Assembly: GCA_026986575.1 (NCBI GenBank)
Contig: JALSOH010000004.1
Span: 192,001 to 256,000 of the forward strand
From: Thermoproteota archaeon
GTDB lineage: Archaea; Korarchaeota; Korarchaeia; Korarchaeales; Korarchaeaceae
DNA: 64,000 nt
Reading direction: 5' to 3'
Shown here: positions 46,966-56,772 of the stretch, piece after piece
Layout: each line of letters begins with the position of its first letter
Numbering within the stretch: position 1 is the stretch's first letter
Program-made: the position numbers and the translations under genes
The notes under the pieces: generated by a model
What the model was told of the DNA's origin: nothing
The model's input: the letters and a program-made list of their open reading frames with translations, nothing else
Database searches by the model: none

Positions 46966-48147
46966 ATGCCGAGGGCCTACTTCTCACCTTTAGGCATAGG
47001 GTACGGACACGCGTCTAGGTCCTTGAACCTAGCTATGAGGCTGAAGAAAGAGGGATTCTCCATCTTCTTCTCAGCCTACGGAGACGCCATCTCTTATCTG
47101 ATGGGGGCGGAGGGAGTGGAGGTTGTGGATTGTGGTGACGAGATGGTATGGAAGCAGAAGCCGGATGGAAGCCCTGACCTCTGGGGGACGCTCAAGAGCT
47201 TATCTGAACTAAGGAGGTTCCTCCACCACATAAAGAAGGAGAAGGAGAACATAGAAGTGGCATCTCCAGATGTCGTAGTATCCGACTCCAGAATATCGAC
47301 ATTGATCGCAGCTCAGTACCTAGGAGTGCCCAGCGTCGTGGTGCTAAATCAACCTAAGTTACTTCTCTCGCCCCTCATGAGGAGGAACGCGCCTCCAGAT
47401 GATCTGAGTGATAGCGAGGGTTACAGCGTACTATCCACAGTGGTGGAGAAGCTACTTAACACAGCGATAACTAGGTTCTGGGGGCTCTCCCAAGCGTCAA
47501 TAATAGCAGATTTTCCTCCACCCTTCAGCATATCCAAGTACCACACCTCGGATCTCCCGAAACCCCTCATGGACAGGATAGTCTTCTCAGGCCCCCTGAT
47601 AGAGCCCAACTGCAGGCCGGACAGGGAAGAGGATGTGATCCTGATAATGATATCCGGACCAGGCGCCGAGAGAAAGTCCCTAGCGGGTGTTATACTGAAA
47701 CTCCTGAATAACATACCAGAGGACTTCAAGGATTACGAATTCATAGTATCCTTGGGTGAACCGTCCAATCCCGGAGATGAGGAGGTTCGGGACAACGTGA
47801 GGATATACAACTGGTTGCCTGATAAGTGGAGCGTCTTGGAGAGGGCTAGGCTGGTGGTTTCCAGAGCTGGGCATACGACTATCGCAGAGGCTCTCATGTG
47901 CGGGAAGCCTCTCCTGTTGATACCCGTTCCGGGACAGACGGAAAAAATGGAGAACGCTCGCTCCATAGAGGAGATGGGTCTGGGCAGGATGGTCAGGCAG
48001 TCTGAGGTGGAGGCTAGGTTCTTTGAGATGTTGAGATTCCTGCTTAAGCAAGAGTATGAGAAGAGGGTTAAGATATTCAGGGAGAGATTTAAAGACTGGA
48101 ATTTCCTAGATAGGGCAGCTGGGATAATAGAGTCAGTTCTCTATTGA
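46966..48147 (+). CDS. GT-B glycosyltransferase (MurG/GT28-like)
   Basis: GIGYGHASR, VVSD, SRAGHTT, PVPGQTE. Confidence 0.88.
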   Translation: MPRAYFSPLGIGYGHASRSLNLAMRLKKEGFSIFFSAYGDAISYLMGAEGVEVVDCGDEMVWKQKPDGSPDLWGTLKSLSELRRFLHHIKKEKENIEVASPDVVVSDSRISTLIAAQYLGVPSVVVLNQPKLLLSPLMRRNAPPDDLSDSEGYSVLSTVVEKLLNTAITRFWGLSQASIIADFPPPFSISKYHTSDLPKPLMDRIVFSGPLIEPNCRPDREEDVILIMISGPGAERKSLAGVILKLLNNIPEDFKDYEFIVSLGEPSNPGDEEVRDNVRIYNWLPDKWSVLERARLVVSRAGHTTIAEALMCGKPLLLIPVPGQTEKMENARSIEEMGLGRMVRQSEVEARFFEMLRFLLKQEYEKRVKIFRERFKDWNFLDRAAGIIESVLY

Positions 48148-48632
48148 ACTAAAGATTTGGTTACTGCCCATCTCAGTGCTCTGAAGATCCTCTCCAAATT
48201 CTGCGGTTCTTCGACTTGGATCCTTATTGCTCTGAGTCTGCCGTCCGGATACTCATCCACTTCGCATCTCCCCCCGTACTCCTCAACTTTTCTCACGAGG
48301 AACGAGCTTATAGGCCTCTCTCTGGCATCTATCACCACGTTTTCGGTCGGTACGAACACAATACTGCCCGTTCTCTTGTTAACTCTGGCGATACCGATCA
48401 AAGTACCGGCATCCGAGGTGAGCCTCCTCTCCTCCACATCCTTAGGCTGCTGAATCTCAGGTTCCGGCTTAAGTTGATCCGCAGTCACCAAGGTCTGCTC
48501 CAGCAAGACCTGATCAAGGGCCTCGACCATCTCCCTCAACTGGAGGAGTTCACTCTCCAACTTTTCGATCCTCTTCTTCAAGAACTCCCTGAGCTTGAGT
48601 AAATTCTTTATCCTCTCACTCCTTTCGGACAA
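48141..48632 (-). CDS. Hypothetical protein with N-terminal coiled coil
   Basis: Heptad-rich N-terminus; overlaps the end of lysS. Confidence 0.7.
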   Translation of the reverse strand: MSERSERIKNLLKLREFLKKRIEKLESELLQLREMVEALDQVLLEQTLVTADQLKPEPEIQQPKDVEERRLTSDAGTLIGIARVNKRTGSIVFVPTENVVIDARERPISSFLVRKVEEYGGRCEVDEYPDGRLRAIRIQVEEPQNLERIFRALRWAVTKSLVQ

Positions 48633-50238
48633 CCCTACCTTCCTCCAAGGATTTCCTGTACAGGTCCTTAAATCTGTTCACGCCGACCCTCGAGATGAGG
48701 GGGCCTAATTTGGGGCCCTGTGGCTGACCCAATAGTATCATGTATAGGGCTCTGAAGAACTCCCTTACTGGTACACCCTTGCCCCTAGCGGTCTCGAACG
48801 CCAGGTTCTGTATGTCTTCGTCGCTCATATCCTCAGAAAGACTGTCTATAAAGGAGTTCACTGCTTCAAGAACTTTACCGTTTATCTCCACAGTTCCGAG
48901 CTCTCTACTGCCGAAGTTCTCCACGTAATTCTTGGCGTAATACACGTATCTCCTGAAGATGTCGTCGCTCAGCAGGGAATCGGGATCCACGCCGTAGTAC
49001 TTTGAGATGAGGTCAGCAGCCACCCTCAGCAACTCTTCGAAGCCTATATCTCTCGGAAGCATCGATACGACATTGAGGACCGCGGAGTACCTGTAAGGCC
49101 AAGGCTCAGGGACGCCCTCCATCAAATAGGTGAACTCCATGAGCCTCTTCAGAGTGATGCGATCTCTTTCACTCCTTATCCTCTCCAAGTTGTGATACTT
49201 CCTAACGTTGTTTTCCAGCTCGTTTATGTAGAGAGGAGAGCTCTGCAGAGATATGCTCCTAGTCCCGTGGTATCTCTTGAACATGAGCATCCTCAAGGCC
49301 TCAGGTGGGGAGAATTCCATCCACATCTGGGGTGTTATGACGTTACCGGCGCTCTTACTTATCTTCCTCTTAGTGGAATCTAGGAACATCTCATACATTA
49401 CCGTGAGTGGTGGCTCGTACCCCAAGACTTCCCTAGCTATCCTCTCGTTCACCCTGAACGAGTCGGTTATGTCCTTCCCGTGAGGTTCGAACACTATCCC
49501 TAACGCAGCCCACCTGGCTGCGAACTCTCCCTTCCAAGAGAGCTTACCATCTCCCCTCAGATATGAGGCCTCACCGACATACCCGCATCCCTTTATCCCC
49601 TTGAACTCCTGATCACAGGCGTAGATGACCTTGCCCTCCTCGGGAATAACCTTCAGCACCCTAGTTGTATATATCCTACCGCATCTCTCGCATCTAGGCC
49701 AGTAATGAATCCATCCCTCCGGTTTACTCGATCCTACCTCCTCTCTGATTATTCTGTCGACCTTACTGTTATTCTTCAATAGTTTAGAGACCTGCTCGTC
49801 CAACAAACCGGATTTATAGGCCTCGGTCCCGGAGATGAACGTGAACTCTATGCCCAACTTCTCCAAGGCGTCTATCAACATGGAGCTCATGTGTTCCCCG
49901 TAGCTGGAATGGCATCCCCAAGGATCGGGGATCTCACTCACCGGCATTCCCAAGTACTTGGAGTATTCCTCGGGCACTCCTGCAGGTACCTTTCTCAGCC
50001 CGTCTCTATCATCGCTGTACGCTATCAACTCGCTCTTGTATCCCAGCTCCTCCAGAGCCAGCTTGACCCCATAGGCCCTGAGCGAATCTCCTACAGAACC
50101 TATGTGAGGAAAGCCGCTTGCCCCTATCCCTGATTCCACTCTCAAAACATCTATCTTCCTTCCGAGCCTCTCTTCCCTCTCTATTATATCCCTAGCTATT
50201 TTATCCAGCCAGAAGTGAGGCCTCCTCTCTGAACCCAT
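48616..50238 (-). CDS. lysS: Class I lysyl-tRNA synthetase
   Basis: SGFPHIG, GKLSWK, EPHGKD, KISKS, GPKLG. Confidence 0.95.
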   Translation of the reverse strand: MGSERRPHFWLDKIARDIIEREERLGRKIDVLRVESGIGASGFPHIGSVGDSLRAYGVKLALEELGYKSELIAYSDDRDGLRKVPAGVPEEYSKYLGMPVSEIPDPWGCHSSYGEHMSSMLIDALEKLGIEFTFISGTEAYKSGLLDEQVSKLLKNNSKVDRIIREEVGSSKPEGWIHYWPRCERCGRIYTTRVLKVIPEEGKVIYACDQEFKGIKGCGYVGEASYLRGDGKLSWKGEFAARWAALGIVFEPHGKDITDSFRVNERIAREVLGYEPPLTVMYEMFLDSTKRKISKSAGNVITPQMWMEFSPPEALRMLMFKRYHGTRSISLQSSPLYINELENNVRKYHNLERIRSERDRITLKRLMEFTYLMEGVPEPWPYRYSAVLNVVSMLPRDIGFEELLRVAADLISKYYGVDPDSLLSDDIFRRYVYYAKNYVENFGSRELGTVEINGKVLEAVNSFIDSLSEDMSDEDIQNLAFETARGKGVPVREFFRALYMILLGQPQGPKLGPLISRVGVNRFKDLYRKSLEEGRVVRKE

Positions 50239-50312
50239 GTAGATCGGTCCTACCGGTCGGGGAGCAATAAGAAATTTACCCAAAAATTAGAGGGGGTTTT
50301 CTCCCCCCGGGC

Positions 50313-50603
50313 TCACACCTGGGTGAGCTCGATCTCTATTACGCTTATGTCCCTCCTGCTACCGTTTTCGTCGATGATCTCCTCAGTGCCAGTTCTGAGG
50401 TCAGTTATCTTGATCTTGCCAGGGAAGTACTTGAGCCTAGTTATCTCAGCCACATCGACAGCCCTAGATATGGACCTACCCCTGGCCTTTAACACGATCT
50501 TCTTCACACCCCTGTTTATCTGGAGAGTGGTAGCCATAACGTAGTTGATAGCAGGCTTCTTACCAACATAGACGATTCCTTCTTCAGCCACCATGCGTAT
50601 CAC
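50313..50603 (-). CDS. albA: DNA/RNA-binding protein Alba
   Basis: VGKKP..NYV, KARGRSISRAVDVAE, SVIEI. Confidence 0.96.
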   Translation of the reverse strand: MIRMVAEEGIVYVGKKPAINYVMATTLQINRGVKKIVLKARGRSISRAVDVAEITRLKYFPGKIKITDLRTGTEEIIDENGSRRDISVIEIELTQV

Positions 50604-50689
50604 CTCTCTATCCTCTGTAGGCCCGCCTCTTTCACTGGGGAGCCTGGAGGGCGAGCTGTGTCTGACTCACCACTCAGCAATTAAAAAAG

Positions 50690-50950
50690 TTACTCTCGCT
50701 TCAGAAGCTTCCTAACATCTAGGAGGGAGATCTTCTCCCCTTCCCTCCTCTCCAAGATGAGGGGCAACTTTCCCTTCTCCAGCTCCAATTTAGCTAGCTC
50801 GACGGGATCGGTCAAACCTTCGGGTATCTCGTTCTCATCTAAAAAGAGGGGAGAGCCAGCTGCGATCTGCTGGGCCCTAATGGATATTATCCTTATGCGT
50901 TCGAACTTGGTAAGCCTCTTGGGACCCAGCAGATCGCTATTAGCTGTCAC
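50690..50950 (-). CDS. rpoK: RNA polymerase subunit Rpo6 (RpoK)
   Basis: LTKFERIRIISIRAQQI, ELEKGKLPL. Confidence 0.93.
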   Translation of the reverse strand: MTANSDLLGPKRLTKFERIRIISIRAQQIAAGSPLFLDENEIPEGLTDPVELAKLELEKGKLPLILERREGEKISLLDVRKLLKRE

Positions 50951-50951
50951 C

Positions 50952-52592
50952 TCACTCCTCACCCTTGCCCTTACCGCCCTCGAATTTCTTACCAGCAGCA
51001 GCTATTATATCATCGATCTTGAGCACGGTGGTCGCGAACTCGGCTGCGGACTCTATGGCCCTCCTGATCACCCTCTCAGGCTCTATTATGTCCTTCTCAT
51101 ACATGTTCTCCACTTCTCCGGTGTATATGTTGAAGCCGTACTCCCTCTTGCCCTCGGCATGTGCCTTCCTCAGCTCAGCCAGCTTGACTATCGGGTCATG
51201 GCCGGCGTTCTCTATCAGGGTCTTGGGTATAGACTCGAGGGCCTCAGCGAACTTCTCCACCACGTTCTGCTCCTTTCCACCGAGCTGGACCGCGTAGTCC
51301 TTGAGCTTAAGCACCAGATCCGTCCAAGCGGCACCGGCGCCCACGACTATCTTCTCATCCTCTATGACGTTCCTAACCACGCTTAGAGCGTCGTGAAGGT
51401 TCCTCTCGGCCTCGTCTATGACCTGCTTCTCTCCACCTCTTATCAGGATGCTAACGGCCCTAGGATCCTTGCATCCCTCGACGAAGACCATCTTGTCTTC
51501 TCCGACCCTTCTCTCCTCAACGAGCTCCGCGTAACCGAGGTCCTTCTCGGATATCTCCTTAACGTTAACGACTATCTTAGCGCCAGTGGCCTTGGCGAGC
51601 TTCTCCATATCGGACTTCCTTACCCTCCTAACGGCCAGTATGCCGTGCTTCGCTAGAAAGTGCTGGGCGACGTCGTCGATGCCCTTCTGGCAGAACACCA
51701 CGTTCGCTTCGGTGGCGGCTATCTTCTCCACTAGCTCGGCCAGCATCTGCTTCTCCTGGTCCAAGAACTCCTTCACCTGAGCCGGTGAGGTTACTCTTAT
51801 CTTAGAGGAGAGCTCAGGCTTCTTTATCTCGAGGGCGCTCTCTATGAGGGCTATCTTGGCGTTCTCTATCCTCCTGGGCATTCTGGGATGCACGACCTCC
51901 TTGTCGATCACTATGCCCCTGATGAGCTTGGTGTCGAACAGGGAACCGCCCTCCTTCTTCTCCAGCTTTATGTTATCGAGATCAACGATCCTCTTACCGT
52001 CCCTCTCCTCCACGACCTGTAGGGCAGCGTCAACGACTAGATCGGCCAGATAGTCTTGTGCCACCCTAGCGGACTTGCTGCTCATGGCTATCTTGGCTAT
52101 CTTCTTCAGCAACTCCCTATCGTTCCACGAGACCTTGATCGCTATCTCATTCAAGTACTCCACTGCCTTTTCCGCGGCCTTCCTGTACCCGGAGATTATC
52201 ACCGTGGGATGTATGCCCAAGTCCAATAGGTCCTCCGCCTTGGCCAGTAGTTCGCCTGCTAGGAGAACTACGGTAGTTGTACCGTCTCCAGCCTCCTGCT
52301 CCTGGGATTTCGCTAGGTCCACCATCATCTTGGCCGTGGGATGCTCGACCTCTATCTCCTTCATTATGGTGGCACCGTCGTGCGTGATTATCACATCCCC
52401 GAAGGGGTCGACGAGCATCTTCTGCATGCCCTTAGGACTGAGAGAAGTCCTTATGGTATCAGCTATGGCCTTTGCAACGGTTATATTCAGTCTCAGAGCT
52501 TCTCTACCCTTAGTTCTAGAGGTTCCTTCCTTTAATATGAGAACGGGGATTGCTCCGGCTCCCTCACCACCTGCACCACCTGCGACAGCCAT
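50952..52592 (-). CDS. ths: Thermosome (group II chaperonin) subunit
   Basis: THDGATI, GDGTTT, IDKE, KIDD. Confidence 0.97.
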   Translation of the reverse strand: MAVAGGAGGEGAGAIPVLILKEGTSRTKGREALRLNITVAKAIADTIRTSLSPKGMQKMLVDPFGDVIITHDGATIMKEIEVEHPTAKMMVDLAKSQEQEAGDGTTTVVLLAGELLAKAEDLLDLGIHPTVIISGYRKAAEKAVEYLNEIAIKVSWNDRELLKKIAKIAMSSKSARVAQDYLADLVVDAALQVVEERDGKRIVDLDNIKLEKKEGGSLFDTKLIRGIVIDKEVVHPRMPRRIENAKIALIESALEIKKPELSSKIRVTSPAQVKEFLDQEKQMLAELVEKIAATEANVVFCQKGIDDVAQHFLAKHGILAVRRVRKSDMEKLAKATGAKIVVNVKEISEKDLGYAELVEERRVGEDKMVFVEGCKDPRAVSILIRGGEKQVIDEAERNLHDALSVVRNVIEDEKIVVGAGAAWTDLVLKLKDYAVQLGGKEQNVVEKFAEALESIPKTLIENAGHDPIVKLAELRKAHAEGKREYGFNIYTGEVENMYEKDIIEPERVIRRAIESAAEFATTVLKIDDIIAAAGKKFEGGKGKGEE

Positions 52593-52744
52593 ACATATCA
52601 CCTCTTTTACTGGGTCTCTCAGAACTTGTCGCTGGGATTACCCATGTTAGGGTCGATAACCGAGTTAAAAAAGCTTATCAATCTATCCAGCCCTCCCGTT
52701 AACTTGAGGGCCTTCAAAAGAGATTAAAATGGTGAAATATTTGA

Positions 52745-55639
52745 ATGACAGGTGAAGATTTCACCAATCTATTGCCTGATTGCCTGAAATCAGCTATGAA
52801 AGATAGAGGGATTGAGAGGCTAACGGAGATACAGGAGATGGCGATTCCGCTCATTCTCTCGGGTAAAAATTCCCTCCTGATAGCCCCTACAGGGTCTGGA
52901 AAGACTGAAGCAGCCCTATGGCCCGTCCTCGCGATGATGAAAAGGGAAGAGGTGTGGGAGGGATTCATCACGCTTTATGTGACCCCTTTAAGGGCCCTGA
53001 ACAGAGATCTAGAGGAAAGGATAACCTACTGGTCCTCTAGATGTGGCTTTGATGTTGGGGTGAGGCACGGTGATACCTCTAAGGCGGAGAGGGCTAGGCA
53101 ATCGAGATCCCCTCCCCATATCCTCATAACGACCCCGGAAACCCTTCTGATCATAATGTCCGGACCTAAGATCTCTAAATGGCTTAAAAACGTAAGATAT
53201 GTCATTATAGACGAGGTCCACGAGCTACTGGACGACAAGAGGGGTACACAACTCTCCTTATCCCTAGAGAGGCTTGAGAGGATACGAGGGGGGGCATTCC
53301 AGAGGATAATGCTCTCTGCCTCCTTGGGCAACCCCGCGATGGCTCTAGAATACTTCTCCTACAGGAAAGACGGGAAGATCGCATATTCACGAGAGAGTCG
53401 TGTAATGGAGATTTCAGTGGTCTATCCGGAACCATCTCGAAGAGATATCGAGCTATCCAAGACCATGCTCTTGGAACCGGGAGTGATAGCTAAGATCAGG
53501 CTACTGGCTGACCTGATAAGAGAGGCCAGATCGGCCATAGTCTTCACAAACACCAGATCCATGGCGGAGGCCCTTGGCTACAGGATGAAGAAGGCATTCG
53601 AGGAGCTGAAGATACACGTCCATCACAGCTCACTATCGAAGGACGCTAGAGTGGAGAGCGAATCACTCCTCAAGAGAGGAGAGCTCTCTGCGGTGATCAG
53701 CACGAGCTCGTTGGAGCTAGGAATAGATGTAGGGTATGTCGATTTGGTAGTACAGTATGGCTCCCCTAGGCAGGCGATGAAACTGCTTCAAAGGGTCGGT
53801 AGATCCGGGCACGGTCCAGGCAGGGTGGCCAGAGGGGTGGTTGTGGCTCAGGACTCCGACGACTATCTGGAGTCGATAGTGCTAGCTAAGAGAGCCCTCT
53901 CGGGCGATCTAGAGGAATTAAGGCCTTTGGAGAAGTCCTATGATGTGCTCTATCACAGCACCATCGGGCTCCTCTTGGGCGAGAGATCCATCTCACTGCC
54001 GGATCTGGTGAGCATGGTCAAGCGATCATGGCCGTATAGGGAGATAACCATCGATGAGGTTAGGGAGGTCTTCTCCTTCATGTCCAAGGCTTGGCCCAGA
54101 ATTATCTGGTACGATGAAGTAGAGGATAGAATCAAGAGATACGGAGGCGGACTGGCTCACGAGTACTTCTTTTCGAACATCTCTACGATACCCGACACCA
54201 CATCCTACCCGGTGATAGATGACACCACCGGATTCTACATAGGTCAGCTGGATGAGACCTTCGTCTTGGAGTATCTGCTTCCCGGCGTTAAGTTCGTCTT
54301 CAGGGGATCGGTCTGGAAGGTCAAGAGGATAGAAGGCGGTCGAATTTTCGTGGAACAGGTCTTCGACCCGGTCGGTGCCATACCCAGCTGGATAGGGGAG
54401 CAGTTACCCGTGGCAAGGGAGACCGCAATTGAGGTGGGGGCAATCAGGAGGCTCGTGGAGGAGGCTCTATCCAAGGGCACATTGGACGAACTCGCAGATA
54501 GGTTGGTGAGGGAGTATCCCTTCACCACGTCGGAGGACCTCAGGAGAGCCCTAGCCACAGTAGTAGACCACGTGAAACAGGGCTATCCGCTTCCTACAGA
54601 TAGAAGGATCGTGATAGAAGGGATAACGGGCTCGGACGTCGTGATTCACTCCACTCAGGGTAGCTTGGTTAACAGGACGTTAGGGAGAGGTCTATCCTTC
54701 GTCATCTCTAGGGACTTCAAGGTCGCTGTGAGGGTAACTGAGGACCCCTACAGAATAGTGATAATGGGCGTAGGTAAAGAGGCGGTGACCAAGACCCTGC
54801 ATCGTCTCTCCAGAGAGGGTAAAGATACCTTAGTGAAGGCTGTAGCCAATAGTTCATTCTTCAGGATCAGATTACTTCACGTGGCTAAGAGGATGGGCCT
54901 AGTAAGAGATACGGCGAGCTCTAGGATCGTGAGCTTGGCTAAGCTGGCTAAGGCTTACGAAGGTACTCCCATCTACGAGGAAGCTCTAAGAGAGTCCCTC
55001 ACGAAGGACTTCGATGTGGATGGGACGCTGGACCTGCTCAGGTCAATATCCTCGGGGAAGATGGAAGTGGTCATGTCTGAGAAGCAGGGTCCGAGTCCCC
55101 TGTCTCTGCTGGGATTGGAGAGATCAGGTCTCCCTCTAGAGATAATCCCTCCCTCGGAATTGAGTAAGAGGTTGCTGGAGAGCTTCAAGTACAGGATACT
55201 TTCACAGCAGATCACGCTGGTCTGCTCCAACTGTTGGAGATGGAGCATGGACACTACGGTATCGAGCCTCCTAGATCTGGGAAAAGTGCCCAAATGTCCG
55301 GTGTGTGGAAGTAGCAGGATAGCCGCCCTCTCTGGGTATTGGGCATCCGAAGCGAAGGAATATGTGGAGGAATCTAAGAGAAGGGGGAGACCCTCGGTAC
55401 CTAACTGGGAGCTGGCTAACAGGGTCTATGAACTCGGCTCACTCACCGAGAGGTATGGGTTACCAGCAGTAGTCGCGATGGCCGCTAGGGGAGTGGATCC
55501 CATGGACATCGAGTGGCTGGTAACGAGGCGGACCGAGTTGGACGAGGATTTCATGGCTGAACTCGCTAAAGTTGAGACCGAGGCCGTAAAAAGGAGGCTG
55601 ACTGGGAAGAAGAGGAGAAGGAGGAAGAGGTCTGGTTAG
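52745..55639 (+). CDS. lhr: Lhr-family SF2 helicase with C-terminal Zn finger
   Basis: APTGSGKT, DEVH, SSLELGID, QRVGRSGH, PSWIGE, CSNC..CPVC. Confidence 0.92.
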   Translation: MTGEDFTNLLPDCLKSAMKDRGIERLTEIQEMAIPLILSGKNSLLIAPTGSGKTEAALWPVLAMMKREEVWEGFITLYVTPLRALNRDLEERITYWSSRCGFDVGVRHGDTSKAERARQSRSPPHILITTPETLLIIMSGPKISKWLKNVRYVIIDEVHELLDDKRGTQLSLSLERLERIRGGAFQRIMLSASLGNPAMALEYFSYRKDGKIAYSRESRVMEISVVYPEPSRRDIELSKTMLLEPGVIAKIRLLADLIREARSAIVFTNTRSMAEALGYRMKKAFEELKIHVHHSSLSKDARVESESLLKRGELSAVISTSSLELGIDVGYVDLVVQYGSPRQAMKLLQRVGRSGHGPGRVARGVVVAQDSDDYLESIVLAKRALSGDLEELRPLEKSYDVLYHSTIGLLLGERSISLPDLVSMVKRSWPYREITIDEVREVFSFMSKAWPRIIWYDEVEDRIKRYGGGLAHEYFFSNISTIPDTTSYPVIDDTTGFYIGQLDETFVLEYLLPGVKFVFRGSVWKVKRIEGGRIFVEQVFDPVGAIPSWIGEQLPVARETAIEVGAIRRLVEEALSKGTLDELADRLVREYPFTTSEDLRRALATVVDHVKQGYPLPTDRRIVIEGITGSDVVIHSTQGSLVNRTLGRGLSFVISRDFKVAVRVTEDPYRIVIMGVGKEAVTKTLHRLSREGKDTLVKAVANSSFFRIRLLHVAKRMGLVRDTASSRIVSLAKLAKAYEGTPIYEEALRESLTKDFDVDGTLDLLRSISSGKMEVVMSEKQGPSPLSLLGLERSGLPLEIIPPSELSKRLLESFKYRILSQQITLVCSNCWRWSMDTTVSSLLDLGKVPKCPVCGSSRIAALSGYWASEAKEYVEESKRRGRPSVPNWELANRVYELGSLTERYGLPAVVAMAARGVDPMDIEWLVTRRTELDEDFMAELAKVETEAVKRRLTGKKRRRRKRSG

Positions 55640-55643
55640 GTTG

Positions 55644-56288
55644 TCAAGTCAGGAGGCCCGCACCCTTCAGGATTCTAATAGCGGCACTCCTCGGATCTTC
55701 CGACTTCGTTATTGCCCTCCCCACCATGACGAAATCGGCTCTTTTAGCTACTTCCCCTATGGTAGACTCGTTTATACCCCCGGCGACACCTATCTTAACT
55801 CCCAGCTCTTTGGCGGAGTCCAGCAACTCGTATTCGGAGAACACCCCCTCATCGACTCCCCTGTGCAGGCATATCCTGTGTATACCGAATTCTATGATCT
55901 CCTTCAAACGGGGCACCACGTTTCTAAGACCTAAAGTGTCCACCAATACCTCTCCTCCGGATTCCTCGGCTCTTCTGACCGCTTCCTTTATTGTCTCATC
56001 CGGTGACACGGCCATCACGCTCATCAGATCGGCACCGGAGGAGAAGGCCAAATCAGCCTCTAGGTACCCCGTGTCCATGGTCTTAGTGTCAGCAAACAGC
56101 TTAACCTCAGGAAATCTCTCCCTGAGTTTTCTCACAGATCTCATTCCTTCAGCCTTTATCAGTGGAGTCCCGACCTCAATCTCCGTGAAGCCAGCTTCCA
56201 CCGCCAGCTCAGCTATCCTAATAGCCCTATCCAAGGATGTCAGATCGAGCGACAGGAACACCTCTACCATTCCGAGCCCCCCATCCAT
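55644..56288 (-). CDS. 3-hexulose-6-phosphate synthase (OMPDC/HUMPS family)
   Basis: IEVGTPLIKAEG, ADTKTMDTG, HRGVD, VAGGI, VGRAI. Confidence 0.85.
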   Translation of the reverse strand: MDGGLGMVEVFLSLDLTSLDRAIRIAELAVEAGFTEIEVGTPLIKAEGMRSVRKLRERFPEVKLFADTKTMDTGYLEADLAFSSGADLMSVMAVSPDETIKEAVRRAEESGGEVLVDTLGLRNVVPRLKEIIEFGIHRICLHRGVDEGVFSEYELLDSAKELGVKIGVAGGINESTIGEVAKRADFVMVGRAITKSEDPRSAAIRILKGAGLLT

Positions 56289-56542
56289 CTCCTGACCACG
56301 TAAATGAGTGCCAGAATTAAAACTAGAGAGATGAGGATCAGCGCCACGGTGATGTGTAGGGGGATGTTCTCCCCAGCGGCGAAGATGAAGGGACCTATTA
56401 TCACCACGAAACCTCCACCGGAACCAGCTTCGGTGGAGTGAGAGACCATCAGGGCCATAAAGCCCATCATGACGAGGGACACCCCCATGAAGATCAAGAA
56501 CACTCTGACGAAAATCTTCTCATCTATCTCACTCATGACCAA
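56264..56542 (-). CDS. DUF131-like small membrane protein
   Basis: GGGFVVIIGPF between TM helices. Confidence 0.75.
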   Translation of the reverse strand: MVMSEIDEKIFVRVFLIFMGVSLVMMGFMALMVSHSTEAGSGGGFVVIIGPFIFAAGENIPLHITVALILISLVLILALIYVVRRWMGGSEW

Positions 56543-56772
56543 GCCCCCATGAGAACTACCATGGTCAGCATCAGCAGGATGGATGTCGCTACTAGTACGA
56601 TTAGAAGCGATGTCTTAATGTTCTTACCGAACACTATGGGGATAGGCCCTATTAGTATTACCCCACCAACGCTGTAGTCCCCGAACTTCCGGGATGGCAG
56701 TAGCAGCGCCAGCACGATTAGCACAAGTCCCATCACTATTAGGAGAATACCCATGAGGTCTAGAGGGCTCAA
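56533..56772 (-). CDS. DUF131 (TIGR00304) small membrane protein
   Basis: GGVILIGPIPIVFG. Confidence 0.85.
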   Translation of the reverse strand: MSPLDLMGILLIVMGLVLIVLALLLPSRKFGDYSVGGVILIGPIPIVFGKNIKTSLLIVLVATSILLMLTMVVLMGAWS

